Shown here: positions 23,935 to 35,317 of the stretch, piece after piece
Position numbering within the stretch: the stretch's first letter is position 1
Layout: each line of letters begins with the position of its first letter
Origin: Piromyces finnis finn
Lineage: Eukaryota > Fungi > Neocallimastigomycota
Direction: 5' to 3'
Assembly: GCA_002104945.1 (NCBI GenBank)
Contig: MCFH01000042.1
Location: forward strand, 186,001-250,000
Length of the DNA: 64,000 nucleotides
The notes under the pieces: model-generated
What the model saw: the letters and a program-made list of their open reading frames with translations, nothing else
Databases searched by the model: none
Told to the model about the DNA's origin: nothing
Translations under genes and position numbers: made by a program

Positions 23935-26900
23935 ATGAATACTGATTATTCTATGAATGTATCAAACCAGAATGGAATTAGTGATATGTACCCTGAAATT
24001 GTTGCTGTTGCTACTAGAAAGAATAAGAATAATGATAAGAAAACATTTACCCCATATAAAGTACCACCGGGTAAATTAAAAGATAATCCTGTACCAATAT
24101 CTACCGCGGCAATGAATCACAATAAAACTGATATAAATGATGACGACGAAGTAGTCCCACTTACAAGCGAGATAGATATGGAGATGAATGAACCAGTAAA
24201 TATTAATAACCCTAAAGTAAATAATACTGATAATCATGAAGATCAACTTAATAATGAAAAGGATAAGAGCAGTAGTGATGAGCAAGGTGAACCAACAAAG
24301 AAAAGTAATCCTACTGTCAAATCAGGAAAAAGAATACATGCTGATAAAATTAGTGAAAATAACTCTAACTATATTGATGATGAAATTGGAAATAAATTGA
24401 GGAAAGATAATATTACAACATTTGATAATAGTTATAAAACAAAACCAACCAATCCTAAGAGGAAAAATTCCTATAATGACACTACTGATGATGACGCTCA
24501 ATCTGATAAGAAAAGGAAAACAGAAAAATTGCAGTTTCTTGATTTGTCATTTATTAATCAACCTAATATAACAAATGCAAAGAAGAAAAATAAGTTAGAT
24601 AGAATAAACGAACTTTCAAATCTAGTTAGTGAAATTAATGAAGATAATAATAAAACAGATGAATCATTGACTAAAAATGAAAAGCATATTAAAATACTTG
24701 AAAAGTTGGAAAACATGTACATTGAAGATTTGATTCGGGATATTGTATCAACGGAAGTCAAAACTAAGTTAGTAAATTTGCTAGACTGGTTCCCTAAATT
24801 TAGAAGTGAATTTATAAAATCTTTAAAGTTAACTTCATTTAAAAACCCAGCATTAAATGTTATGTCACTTTTTAGTAGAAATAAAATTATTAAAGTACCT
24901 GGTGAAGTTGAAAATAATAATGCTGAAATTTTCTTGGATACCTGCTCTAGTGTTAATTTAATTACTAAATCAGCATTAAAGAAATTTCAAATCAACAAAC
25001 CTTGTATTGGTACAATTACTGAAACTTTTCTACAAGCCTTCTCTAATAATAATTCAAATTCTAGTATTTATGAATTAAGTATAAAAATCGGTGATCTTAC
25101 CTTTTCTGAATATTTTAGACTAGTAGACAAAGATGACATTTTTGATATACTAATTGGGGTTGATTCTTTAAAAAGAAATCGATTTGTTATTAACTTAGTG
25201 GATGATACTTTATATTTTATGGATTTAAGTAATAATCCAATTAAACTTACCAATTTGTGCTACGATATTAATATATACAATAATGGAAATGACAATAATC
25301 AAACTGAAGTTAATGATGATAAAGAACAGAATAATACTGATAATGTTAAGCACACTAATTTTGATGATTATTACCTTTCAACTTATGGGATATTACCAGC
25401 ATTAATTACAGTCACTAGTGAATCAACTACTAATAATCAAGGTTTAGATATAAAATTGAATAATTTAGAAATTAAAAGAAACATAATAAATAATATTATT
25501 ACTGTATTACCTTTGGATATTCAAAACAAGATGAAGGATGTCTTTAACAACTTTATGGAGGTAATAGCCATTAAAACAGATGATTTAGGTAAGACTAAAT
25601 TACTTCCTCATCATATTGACTTGCTACCAAATACTAAACCGATTAAACAGAGAGCCTATAGATTACCGAAAGTTAAAGCTGATGCTCTAAAGGTAGAACT
25701 TACTAAGCTCATAGAGAATGGTCTTATTGAACCATCCCATTCACCTTGGTCTTCACCTGTAGTTTTGGTTCCGAAAAAGAATAACCAAGTAAGAATGTGT
25801 GTAGATTACCGAATGTTGAATAATTTTACAATTAAAGACTCCTATGCTCTCCCCCTTATAGACGACATTCTGTATTATGTAGGTAATAATGCCGCAGTTT
25901 TAAGTACTATTGATTTGTTCTCAGGATACCATCAGATTCCAATGCATCCTGATGATAAAGATAAAACTTGTTTTACCACTATTTTTGGTAATTATAATTT
26001 TGTTGTTATGCCCTTCGGTTTGTGTAATGCACCTGCGACTTTCCAAAGGGAAATGAACAGAATATTTTTTGATTTAATTGGAAAGTCTGTGTTCGTTTAT
26101 ATTGATGATTTAGTTATTTTTTCTAATTCTCTAGAACAACATGTCACTGACTTAGCTTCTGTATTTCAAATTCTAAAAGATAATGGTTTGAAAATAAATA
26201 TTGATAAATGTAATTTCTTTAAGCAAGAAGTTGAATTATTAGGTCATCTACTTTCTGTTGATGGTTTAAAACCTTTGGACTCGAAAATAAATGTTATATT
26301 AAATTGGATTCCACCTAAAAACATTAAACAACTTCGTTCCTTTTTAGGTGCAGTTGGGTATTACCGTAAGTTTATTTCTAACTTTGCACAAGTAGCTCAA
26401 CCACTATACGAGCTCACTAAAAAAGGTATTCCTTACGAATGGTCCGATTCTTGTTCTAATTCTTTTGAAAATTTAAAATTAAAGTTAGCTTCGGCTCCAA
26501 TTCTTTCTCCGCCTGATTTTAGCAAACCCTTTATTATAAGAACGGATGCTTCTAGAAGTGGTATCGGTGGTGTTTTAATACAATTGGACAAAGATAAATT
26601 TGAGAAACCATTATACTACCAGAGTCGTACCCTATCTGATACTGAAAGACATTATAGTATTACTGAACTTGAGGGAACTGCCGCCTATTATTGTGTTATG
26701 AAATTTAAATCATTTATTACAGGTAATAATTTTGATACTTTATTAATTACAGATCACAAACCTTTAGTCAGCATTTTCAAAAATAAGGAACCAACAACAA
26801 GCCGCCACATAAAATGGATTACTGAATTTAGTGCATTAAGGGTGATTGTTCAATTTGAGGAGGGGAAGAAGAATGTTCTAGCAGACGCTTTATCTAGAAT

Positions 26901-28356
26901 GGAGAGTTCTCAAACCCCTGTAATTATTAATAATGATGAAAAAAAAAATAGTAAAATTAATATTTCTGAATTTAATAATGCTAATGATTATTCTAATGAA
27001 GTTGGAAATAAAAATAAAATAGTTACTACAAAAAGTAAAATAAAAAAGAAAGTTAGATTTGATGACGATATTATAAATGTTAGTAAAAATGTTGATATTA
27101 GTAAAGAAATAGCAAACGTGATAGTTGAAAATAAAGACGTAAATGGAGATATTCGTGTAGGTGATAGTAATGAACAAAGAGTAATGTTAAATAATTTTTT
27201 CAATGGCTTTATAAAAAAAAGAATTATTTTAATTGATGGAATAGAATATTATAAACATGGAGATAATTTTAGGAAAATAATTACTGATAATAATGAGAAA
27301 ATCCGATTAATAGCTCAAGCTCATGCAATAGGACATGAAGGTATTTATAAAACATATCATAGGTTATGTAGAGATTATTATTGGAAAGGAATGTCTAAAG
27401 ATATAAAATTATTCATCAAAGGTTGCCATAAATGTCAAACATGTAAAGTGCAACCATTAAATAAATATCCTGAAAATATTGCTACTCCACCAGAACTTCC
27501 TTTTACTCGTGTTAGTTTGGACTTAATAGGACCTTTAAATACCACTAAAAGAGGCTCAAGGTATATTATTGCTTTAGTGGACTATATGACTAAATGGGTA
27601 GAGGCTTCCCCATTAATAAAAACTGAATCTGAAGATGTGATAAGATTTTTAACGGAAGTGTTTTGTAGGCATGGTATTCCAGAAGTCTTGGTTACAGATA
27701 ATGGACCACAATTTAGTTCAGATAGAACTAAAGCATTCCTAGATCTTAATGATGTGTTTGTACAATATATTACAACTTACCATCCTGCTTCAAATGGACA
27801 AATTGAAAACAGAAATAAAGAAATTTCAAAATATTTAAGAGTGTTAGGAAAAAATAATGAAGAATGGGACGATATATTACCTAGCGCTTTATGGGCACTT
27901 CGAACTGCTAAAAATGAAGTAACAAAATTTAGTAGTTTTGAATTATTATATGGTCGCAGAGATATGCAACCATTTGAATTATCAATAAATTTAGATAAAA
28001 AAGGACCTGAAGAAACAGATGATGAATACTACCTTAGAAAATTTATTACTCACCATAACTGGATTCAGGAAGCAATAAACAATATTGAGACTGCAAATGA
28101 GGTTTGGAGGGATAGAAGAAAACAAATAAGGAGATTAAGAAGTGAATTTAAACCCGGAGACCTTGTTTTGATAAAACACTTCAATCGTCGAAAATTGGAC
28201 CCGTACTTTATTGGACCTTTAAAAATTATTAAACGACAATTCAACACTGTGACGGTATGTGACCCACAGACAGGGGAAATAGCCGAACGCAATATTCACC
28301 TTAAAAATATAATTCCGTATTATACCTCTTATGTAGGATATGTAAATGAAGAATGA
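23935..28356 (+). CDS. pol: Element D Pol (PR-RT-RNase H-IN; frame open from 23647)
   Basis: FLDTCSS, RMCVDYRMLN, IDLFSGYHQI, VYIDDLVI, TDASRSGIGGVL, TDHKPL, HAIGHEG...CHKC, LDLIGPL, TDNGPQF, ASNGQIE. Confidence 0.95.
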   Translation: MNTDYSMNVSNQNGISDMYPEIVAVATRKNKNNDKKTFTPYKVPPGKLKDNPVPISTAAMNHNKTDINDDDEVVPLTSEIDMEMNEPVNINNPKVNNTDNHEDQLNNEKDKSSSDEQGEPTKKSNPTVKSGKRIHADKISENNSNYIDDEIGNKLRKDNITTFDNSYKTKPTNPKRKNSYNDTTDDDAQSDKKRKTEKLQFLDLSFINQPNITNAKKKNKLDRINELSNLVSEINEDNNKTDESLTKNEKHIKILEKLENMYIEDLIRDIVSTEVKTKLVNLLDWFPKFRSEFIKSLKLTSFKNPALNVMSLFSRNKIIKVPGEVENNNAEIFLDTCSSVNLITKSALKKFQINKPCIGTITETFLQAFSNNNSNSSIYELSIKIGDLTFSEYFRLVDKDDIFDILIGVDSLKRNRFVINLVDDTLYFMDLSNNPIKLTNLCYDINIYNNGNDNNQTEVNDDKEQNNTDNVKHTNFDDYYLSTYGILPALITVTSESTTNNQGLDIKLNNLEIKRNIINNIITVLPLDIQNKMKDVFNNFMEVIAIKTDDLGKTKLLPHHIDLLPNTKPIKQRAYRLPKVKADALKVELTKLIENGLIEPSHSPWSSPVVLVPKKNNQVRMCVDYRMLNNFTIKDSYALPLIDDILYYVGNNAAVLSTIDLFSGYHQIPMHPDDKDKTCFTTIFGNYNFVVMPFGLCNAPATFQREMNRIFFDLIGKSVFVYIDDLVIFSNSLEQHVTDLASVFQILKDNGLKINIDKCNFFKQEVELLGHLLSVDGLKPLDSKINVILNWIPPKNIKQLRSFLGAVGYYRKFISNFAQVAQPLYELTKKGIPYEWSDSCSNSFENLKLKLASAPILSPPDFSKPFIIRTDASRSGIGGVLIQLDKDKFEKPLYYQSRTLSDTERHYSITELEGTAAYYCVMKFKSFITGNNFDTLLITDHKPLVSIFKNKEPTTSRHIKWITEFSALRVIVQFEEGKKNVLADALSRMESSQTPVIINNDEKKNSKINISEFNNANDYSNEVGNKNKIVTTKSKIKKKVRFDDDIINVSKNVDISKEIANVIVENKDVNGDIRVGDSNEQRVMLNNFFNGFIKKRIILIDGIEYYKHGDNFRKIITDNNEKIRLIAQAHAIGHEGIYKTYHRLCRDYYWKGMSKDIKLFIKGCHKCQTCKVQPLNKYPENIATPPELPFTRVSLDLIGPLNTTKRGSRYIIALVDYMTKWVEASPLIKTESEDVIRFLTEVFCRHGIPEVLVTDNGPQFSSDRTKAFLDLNDVFVQYITTYHPASNGQIENRNKEISKYLRVLGKNNEEWDDILPSALWALRTAKNEVTKFSSFELLYGRRDMQPFELSINLDKKGPEETDDEYYLRKFITHHNWIQEAINNIETANEVWRDRRKQIRRLRSEFKPGDLVLIKHFNRRKLDPYFIGPLKIIKRQFNTVTVCDPQTGEIAERNIHLKNIIPYYTSYVGYVNEE

Positions 28357-28469
28357 AAAGTGAAATTTTAAGGAAGGTAAAAAAAAAAAAAAAAAAAAAA
28401 AAAAATTAAATTTCAAAATCTAAATTTCAAAAAAAAAAAAAATAAATAAAATAAAATAAAATAAAATAA

Positions 28470-28520
<51 letters not shown>

Positions 28521-28851
28521 AATAAATAAATAAATAATAAATGATAATAAATAATACTAATAAATGATAGTAGTAATCATAATAAATAAACAATATTACA
28601 AATATATATAAAAATTTAATACTTACAAAAATAATTTAAAAGAATTTCAGTTGATGGAAAAATACATTTCAATTAATAGTAATTGTGAAATTTCAAAATT
28701 TCAAAATTTCAAAATTCAAATTGTAAATTTGATCAAATAATAATTAATAATTTTAATATAATAATTATAAATAATAATTATAATAATAATTTTTATTTAG
28801 TATATATATATAAAAAAAAAAAAAAAAAAAAATTTAAATTTCGAAATCTAA

Positions 28852-28888
<37 letters not shown>

Positions 28889-30570
28889 TAATAATGATAA
28901 TACTAAAATTTTCCTTTGTTTTATCGTATATCAATGCTTGCCATAAGACTTCAGGAGACGAAGTTTAATTTCGGCGGAGGCATCTTGATACGTGATAAAA
29001 TTATATAGTTAAAAATATTAAATTTATATAGTTATTTTTAAGGGTTAGCAATTATTTAAGAAAAATAATAATTTAATCTATTATTGAATAACCAATAAAA
29101 TATTATAAAAATTTTATATAAAAATAACAAAAATTCACTTTTATTAAGAAAGGAGAGTTCTTTGATAAATATAATTAATTATTGAGAATTTTTATATCTG
29201 TTTTAACTAAAAATATTTTTTATATTAAATATATAAATGTACTTAAAATTATTTTTATTAATAAAATAAAAGAGAAAGTTACAAATAAGATTTTTTTTAT
29301 GTTTAATCCTTTTTTTTTCTTATATTCAAATACTTTGTGTATAAATTGTTAAAAATAATAAAAGTAAAAGCAAAATAATTAATAACACTAAAAAATAATT
29401 ATTAGTTATAATATAAATAAATATACAAATAATCATTTTTTTATTCTTTTATTAGAATATATTATTTTGTATAAATCCCTTTTGTTCGACTCCTGGAAAT
29501 AAAATAAATAATTAAATTTATGGTATTATTAAATAATACGTACCATCATTACATAAAATAATTTTGTAAAATATTCTAAAGTTCAGGTTTGTATACAACA
29601 CTAAACTAACAATTAAACTAATTATTTTTAATAATAATTTTTATTTATTTATTTATTTATTTTTAAAACTATACTAACTAAACAACCGTTGATTACTTTA
29701 CCGTGAAGGATATTTTACCAGAGCCCTCACTAGGTAATCAATTTATATTTATTTAAAACTAAAATTATTAATCTAAACTATAAACTAATTATAAACTAAT
29801 GTTAATTTATCTAAACAAAATTAACCTATACGATTTTCCAACTATCGTTTCAATAGTTGAAAAATTTTCTTTATTTATACTTTTTAAATAAATTGAATAA
29901 ATTCTAATATACATGTTTTAATATTATAATTTTACATTGTTTACATTTATACATTTATTAAAAGAAATTATTTGTATTAAACTATTTAAATTCAATTTAT
30001 TTACTAAAGAATTTTCTAAACTTAAAATAAAGTTTTGATTTATTTACTATATGGTTGATTATATTTCAAACATATATTTAATTTATTTATTTCTAATTTT
30101 GAGGCTTAGTTTAAAAAAAAATTTTTTCTTATCTAAAATATTTATTGGTTAAAAATTATTTAATTTAAAATTTTATTTTATCATCAAAAACTTTATCTTA
30201 TCATAAAATTATATTTTACATAAATTTATGTTAATGTATTGTGATATAAATTTTTGTAATTAAAAAATAAAATTTACGGTACATTAATTTAATACATTAT
30301 ACATTATTTTAAATACGTATTAAATACATTATTCTATTAATACAATATTTTACAAATTTATTATTAAATTATTCCAAAAAATTTATTCAAAAATTTTATA
30401 ATAAGTTTTACTAAATATTAATTTATTATTTAATAATTAATAATTAATTATTAAATAATCTAAAGATATATATTATATCTTTACAACTACCCTCTTCGAC
30501 TTGTCTCTTGAATACATTTATTACACCATCATCACTAGTTAATTCGGGAGGAGAAGCATTTATTTTTTGA

Positions 30571-30605
30571 CTGGGAGTGCTTCTTCTCCCAGTTAGTGAT
30601 TTAAA
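30571..30605 (-). promoter_or_regulatory. Predicted -1 frameshift signal of E (T TTA AAT + CTGGGAG/CTCCCAG hairpin)
   Basis: Heptamer 30605-30599; perfect 7-bp stem 30592-30571; same architecture as in A and D. Confidence 0.8.
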
Positions 30606-31501
30606 TGATTATTATTCTCCAAAAATATATCCTTTTTATTTTTATCTATTAACTCTCTAAGTTCCGGACAAGTAGATTGAAAATGACCTTTCTTTTTGCA
30701 ATAAAAACAAGTTACCCTATTTGCAGGATTATAATAATTTTCGAGTTCCCGTTTATTTTCCTCATGGACATTTTCACGGAACCCTTGATCAGTAAGTTTT
30801 GAGCTTTTTATGTCAGTCTTAAAATTAGTGTAATTTCCAATGTTATTATTCTTTAGTCGATCTACTTTTTCAGCAACCAAAAAAGCTTTTTCCAAAGTCA
30901 ATTCTTCACTTTTCAATGATACCCTCTTCCAGGCTTCGTAGTTAGATTGTATTGAATCTATATAGTCTAAAACACTAATTAATTTTCTTTTCTTTTTATC
31001 TAATTGAGTATAAAGATTTCTGTATCTAATGTTAAAATCTCTTATTCTCTCGTTCTTTTTCAATTTTAATGTTCTAATACTCTTTAGTATAACAGTTTGA
31101 TCTTCTAAGATTCCATAAAGTTTCTTCAAGGACATTACTATCTTCTCAAATGAAGGATACTTTTCTTCTTCACTAATATTGGTTTCTTCTTCAGTTTCGT
31201 TTCCGCTAACTGATTCCTCATCGGAGCTATTCTCTTCATCTGAGATATCTTCTTCTTCTTCTCCCAATTCCTTTAGATCTTTTATAAACCTTTGAGCGTC
31301 CCCCTGAGAAGTCAGCAAACATCCATAATAAATAGTTTTGTCTTCTTTTATCTGTTGGAGTTCCATCCAGAGTTTTAAATCGGTAGACCAACCTTGAACA
31401 TCTTGGTTTCCATTTCCAATCTTAGTTATATCCCATAACTCCTTCTTGAGTTCTCTAAAACTAGTGGTAGAATTGGAAGTGAAGGTAAATGTTTTAGACA
31501 T
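30593..31501 (-). CDS. gag: Element E Gag (302 aa)
   Basis: Homologous to A Gag; CFYCKKKGHFQSTC knuckle. Confidence 0.9.
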   Translation of the reverse strand: MSKTFTFTSNSTTSFRELKKELWDITKIGNGNQDVQGWSTDLKLWMELQQIKEDKTIYYGCLLTSQGDAQRFIKDLKELGEEEEDISDEENSSDEESVSGNETEEETNISEEEKYPSFEKIVMSLKKLYGILEDQTVILKSIRTLKLKKNERIRDFNIRYRNLYTQLDKKKRKLISVLDYIDSIQSNYEAWKRVSLKSEELTLEKAFLVAEKVDRLKNNNIGNYTNFKTDIKSSKLTDQGFRENVHEENKRELENYYNPANRVTCFYCKKKGHFQSTCPELRELIDKNKKDIFLENNNHLNH

Positions 31502-31576
31502 TGTTTAAATACACTCTTCTTTCAAAAAAAAATTGTTTTATTAGAAATAATTTTATTAATATTAATATTTATATTT

Positions 31577-31593
31577 CCCCGATATCTCCACCA
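31577..31593 (-). promoter_or_regulatory. PBS of E (tRNA-Ala UGC)
   Basis: TGGTGGAGATATCGGGG, 7 nt inside the 5' LTR end at 31601. Confidence 0.9.
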
Positions 31594-31600
31594 TAATTTA

Positions 31601-32713
31601 TGGTAAGGTTCTGTTAAATAATAGGGAATAATAAATATTTGAATTTTAATACTTATTCTTATTTTTATTTTTCTGGTATATCGTTTTTATTAGAACTTCT
31701 CTTTTTATTTTATATAAATTTATACATTTAAAGTTTAATATCAATTATCAATACTTTTAATTATTAATTTCGGAAATAAACAAAAAAAATATATTAAAAT
31801 CTTAATAAATAAAAGATATTTTAATAACTAAACAATAAAAATAATTAATAAGTTGTTTAATTTATAAAATAATATAGTTTAATAATTTAAAAATAAGTTT
31901 AATTTAGAATATAATATTAGTTCAATTTAATAAAAATAAAATTTAATTAAAATATTTACGCTTAGATAAATAATATTAATTTATTAATTAAAAATTTAGT
32001 TAACTTAAATATGATAATAATGATAAATGGTGTCAAGAGTTAGAGTGGATTTAGAACTATAATTAAGTCTACTAGGTTAGGATAGGCTTAATTATATAGT
32101 AAATAATAAATTTTTATAAATAAAAGAGTAATAAATATAGTTTTTTAAGAATAATTTTATTTAATTTTTATAATATAAATAAATGATAATTATTAATTTT
32201 AAATATTGAATTTACTATATAAAAATGAGTATAATAATCTCACAAAGAACTTCTTAAAATCGTTCTTTGTTCAACTTATTTATACTTTCATTTTTAATAT
32301 AATGTTGATATTAATAAAGTATAATAATAATATAATTTAAGTTATACATGTATAATAATATAAATATAAATATTAATAAAATATAATAATAATAATAATA
32401 TAATTTTCTTTAAATATCGATATTAATAAGTTGTTAAAAATAATATTAATAATTATTTAAATGAATCTTATTTTACTAATTGGTTTGTTTAATATTAATT
32501 AATTGTTACACTATTTATCTCCGGATAATAAATAGCTTTCCAATTAATATTTATATTAAATAAACTATTATTAGTTAAATTAATATTTTAATTAATTTAA
32601 CTAATAATTCAAAATTATGAAATTTCATGAAATATCAAATTTCATGAATTGTGATTTTGACAAATGGTTAAGCTATTTTAATAATAAAAACATTATATCA
32701 TTATTCCTTATCA
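31601..32713 (-). repeat. E 5' LTR (476 bp after removing the nested F solo LTR)
   Basis: TG...CA termini; matches 1-242. Confidence 0.88.
32031..32662 (-). mobile_element. Solo LTR of family F (632 bp) inside the E 5' LTR
   Basis: TGTCAAGAG...TTTTGACA; TSD AATGG (32026-32030 / 32663-32667); matches 49547-50188. Confidence 0.93.
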
Positions 32714-34090
32714 ATTTTGTTACGGTTCGAGGAATTTACTTTTATTTATAAAATATTAATAAATTTATTAATACTCAAAAATAATATTAAAATGAAATAA
32801 GAAAAATTGTTTTATTAATAAAATTGTTTTATTAAGATATTAATATAAAATTATAAAATAAAATAAAAATAAAAATATCTGTATATTCTCTAATTCTTAT
32901 AATATACACCTTTTTATACTTTTTGTAAAAAATTAAGTAGTGTTAATTAAAAGAATTAGTCTTTAATTATTTACATTAATTTTAGTATTTAAATTACTTT
33001 TAAATGAATAATAAAATTACATTACTATTATAATAAATATTTATACATATTATTAAATTGATTAACATACATTAAAAGTTTACTTTAAATATATTTAACT
33101 AAAGAATTTTACTATTTTACAGAAATATTATTCATAATTTTAATTAATAAAAATTCATTAACTTGATAAATTAAACTAAAAGTTCAATAAACTATAATTT
33201 TCAATATATTATTATTACTAAATTAATTTTTAAGTTTAATAAAATAAAATTTAAGTTCAATAAAAATAATTATTAATAATTTTAAATATAATTTAAGTGT
33301 ATACATTAATTTACAAATAAGAATATTGTAAAGTTTTCATACATTTAGGAACAATAATGGATTAGGTCATAATCATTAATTATGACAAGAATAACATTAT
33401 TTGTTGGTTCCTTAACAAGTGCCCCCACGAAGACTCTTGCTTACGCAAAAGCAGAGTTAAACTTTACAATGTTCTTAAGATGAACATTTCGGTTCATCTG
33501 AATTCCAGAGGATATATCAGCTAAAGTAACCGTATTGAATTGTTTCTTGACAACTTTGAGTGGTCTAACGAAATAAGGCTCTAATTTCGTTCGATTAAAA
33601 TTTCTAACTAATACTAGATCACCGATATGGATATTTTTGCCCTTAGTCATACTTTGTTTTTCTTCCCTTCTAGTAGCCCAGTATTTATTCGCATTTTTAA
33701 TATTTTCACAAACTTCCAACGTCCACCTGTAATGATTAATAAACTTCTCAAGTAAGATTTCATCCGAAGACTGATTAATACCCTTAGTAGGTCTGGCGGC
33801 AATATCAAAGGGTTGCTGATCTTCTCTTCCATAAACCAATTCAAAACTAGAATGGTTTGTGACAGTATTTTTAGTAGTTCTGAGCGCCCAAAGAGCAGAA
33901 GGCAAAACTTCATCCCAATCCTTGTTTTCTGTTCCAAGCAGTCTTAGAAGCTTTCCAATTTCTTTGTTTCTATTTTCAGTCAAACCATTACTTTCAGGAT
34001 GATAAGTTGAGACAAACTTGACATAAACATCATATAAGTCAAGGAAAACTTTGGTCATATCTGAGGTAAATTGAACACCGTTATCGGTTG

Positions 34091-35317
34091 TGTAATGCTG
34101 ACACAGAAAGAATAGATTAGGATATCTATTCTATTACAATAACACAAAATTTAAAATAAAATAAAAAATTGTTTTATTAAAAATATCTTTTATTATAATA
34201 GAAATTTTATTAATAACAATTACATTGATAAAATGATGAAAAATATTTTCTATTTATATTTTTCCTAAATACATTTATATTATATTATAACTATTTATTT
34301 AAAATATATTATTATTTAAAACCTACACTAAAATCTTAATTATTAATAAAATATTTAAACTATAACTATTTTAGTAAAATTAAATAGGCAATTCAAATCA
34401 AATACTATTTAATTTGAATATGTGTAATGTTGAACACTGAAAGAATAGATTAGGATATCTATTCTATTACAATAACACAAAAATTTGAAAAAATAAAATA
34501 AAAAATTGTTTTATAAAATATCTTTTATTATAATAGAATTTTAATAATAACAATTACATCGATAAAATGATGAAAAATATCTTCTATTTATATTTTTCCT
34601 AAATACATTTATATTATATTATAACTATTTATTTCTTATATATTATTATTTAAAATCTACACTAAAATCTTAATTATTAATAAATATTTAAACTATAACT
34701 ATTTTTAGTAAAATACAATTGGCAATTCAAATTAAGTACCATTTAATTTGAATATGTGCCCATGTATTATTGATATATTAATCATTTATTATTGATCTAT
34801 TTCTAAAAAAAAACAATACTAAAACTAGGTATTTAAATTGAGAATATTAATTTACTTGTTAAACATTAAAAATAAATTAATAATTTATTTTGTTTTAAAC
34901 TTTAATTATTAATAAATAAATTATGTCTCATTTTCTTTTTCTGAATATAATTTGTGTAACTTAAACAATAATACTTGTGGCTTAAGTTACATTAAAGATA
35001 TCAAACAGAGGCGTTTGATATCTTTACAATATGTGCCCATGTATTATTTATATATTAATCATTTATTATTTATATACTATTCATCTTTTTCTATCAAAAA
35101 ACAATACTAAAACTAAGAAATTAAATTGAGAAATTTAATTTATTTGTAAAACATTAAAAATAAATTAATAATTTATTTTGTTTCAAACTTTAATTATTAA
35201 TAAATAAATTATGTCTCATTTTCTTTTTCTGTAATATAAATTGTGTAACTTAAACAATAATACTTGTGGCTTAAGTTACATTAAAGATATCAAGCTGAGG
35301 CATTTGATATCTTTACA
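34091..35317. mobile_element. Solo-LTR-like element 'G' (616 bp outer copy) inserted in the A2 integrase
   Basis: TGTAATG...TCTTTACA; TSD GGTTG (34086-34090 / 35318-35322); interrupts the ...VITTDNGV... codons. Confidence 0.9.
34423..35028. mobile_element. Second G-family copy (606 bp) nested inside the first
   Basis: Same termini; TSD ATATG (34418-34422 / 35029-35033); explains the A-A'-B-B' repeat pattern. Confidence 0.87.

Larger units (their letters stand above)
21694..29545 (+). mobile_element. Full-length Ty3/gypsy LTR retrotransposon 'D' with apparently intact gag and pol
   Basis: LTRs 21694-22254 and 28986-29545 (TGATACGT...ACGTACCA). 4-bp TSD TCAT (right copy 29546-29549; left copy recovered after removing C). 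PBS TGGTGGAGAATCCGGGC 22263-22279. PPT-like GGCGGAGGCATCT before 28986. Confidence 0.94.
4089..30485. mobile_element. Non-coding TG...CA insertion 'Y' (~2.0 kb once nested elements are removed: 4089-5136 + 29550-30485)
   Basis: Starts TGTAAAATATT and ends TATCTTTACA. Flanked by 5-bp TSD ACTAC. Its removal rejoins the E pol reading frame. No ORF seen. Confidence 0.78.
1..32713 (-). mobile_element. Ty3/gypsy LTR retrotransposon 'E' (tRNA-Ala primed), disrupted, hosting a 26.4-kb nested insertion; left end runs off the window
   Basis: 5' LTR 31601-32713 matches the sequence at 1-242. PBS 31577-31593, gag 30593-31501. Pol is split at TSD ACTAC (4084-4088 / 30486-30490); removing the insert restores the frame ...EEG-SLENPR.... 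PPT 243-257. Confidence 0.88.
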
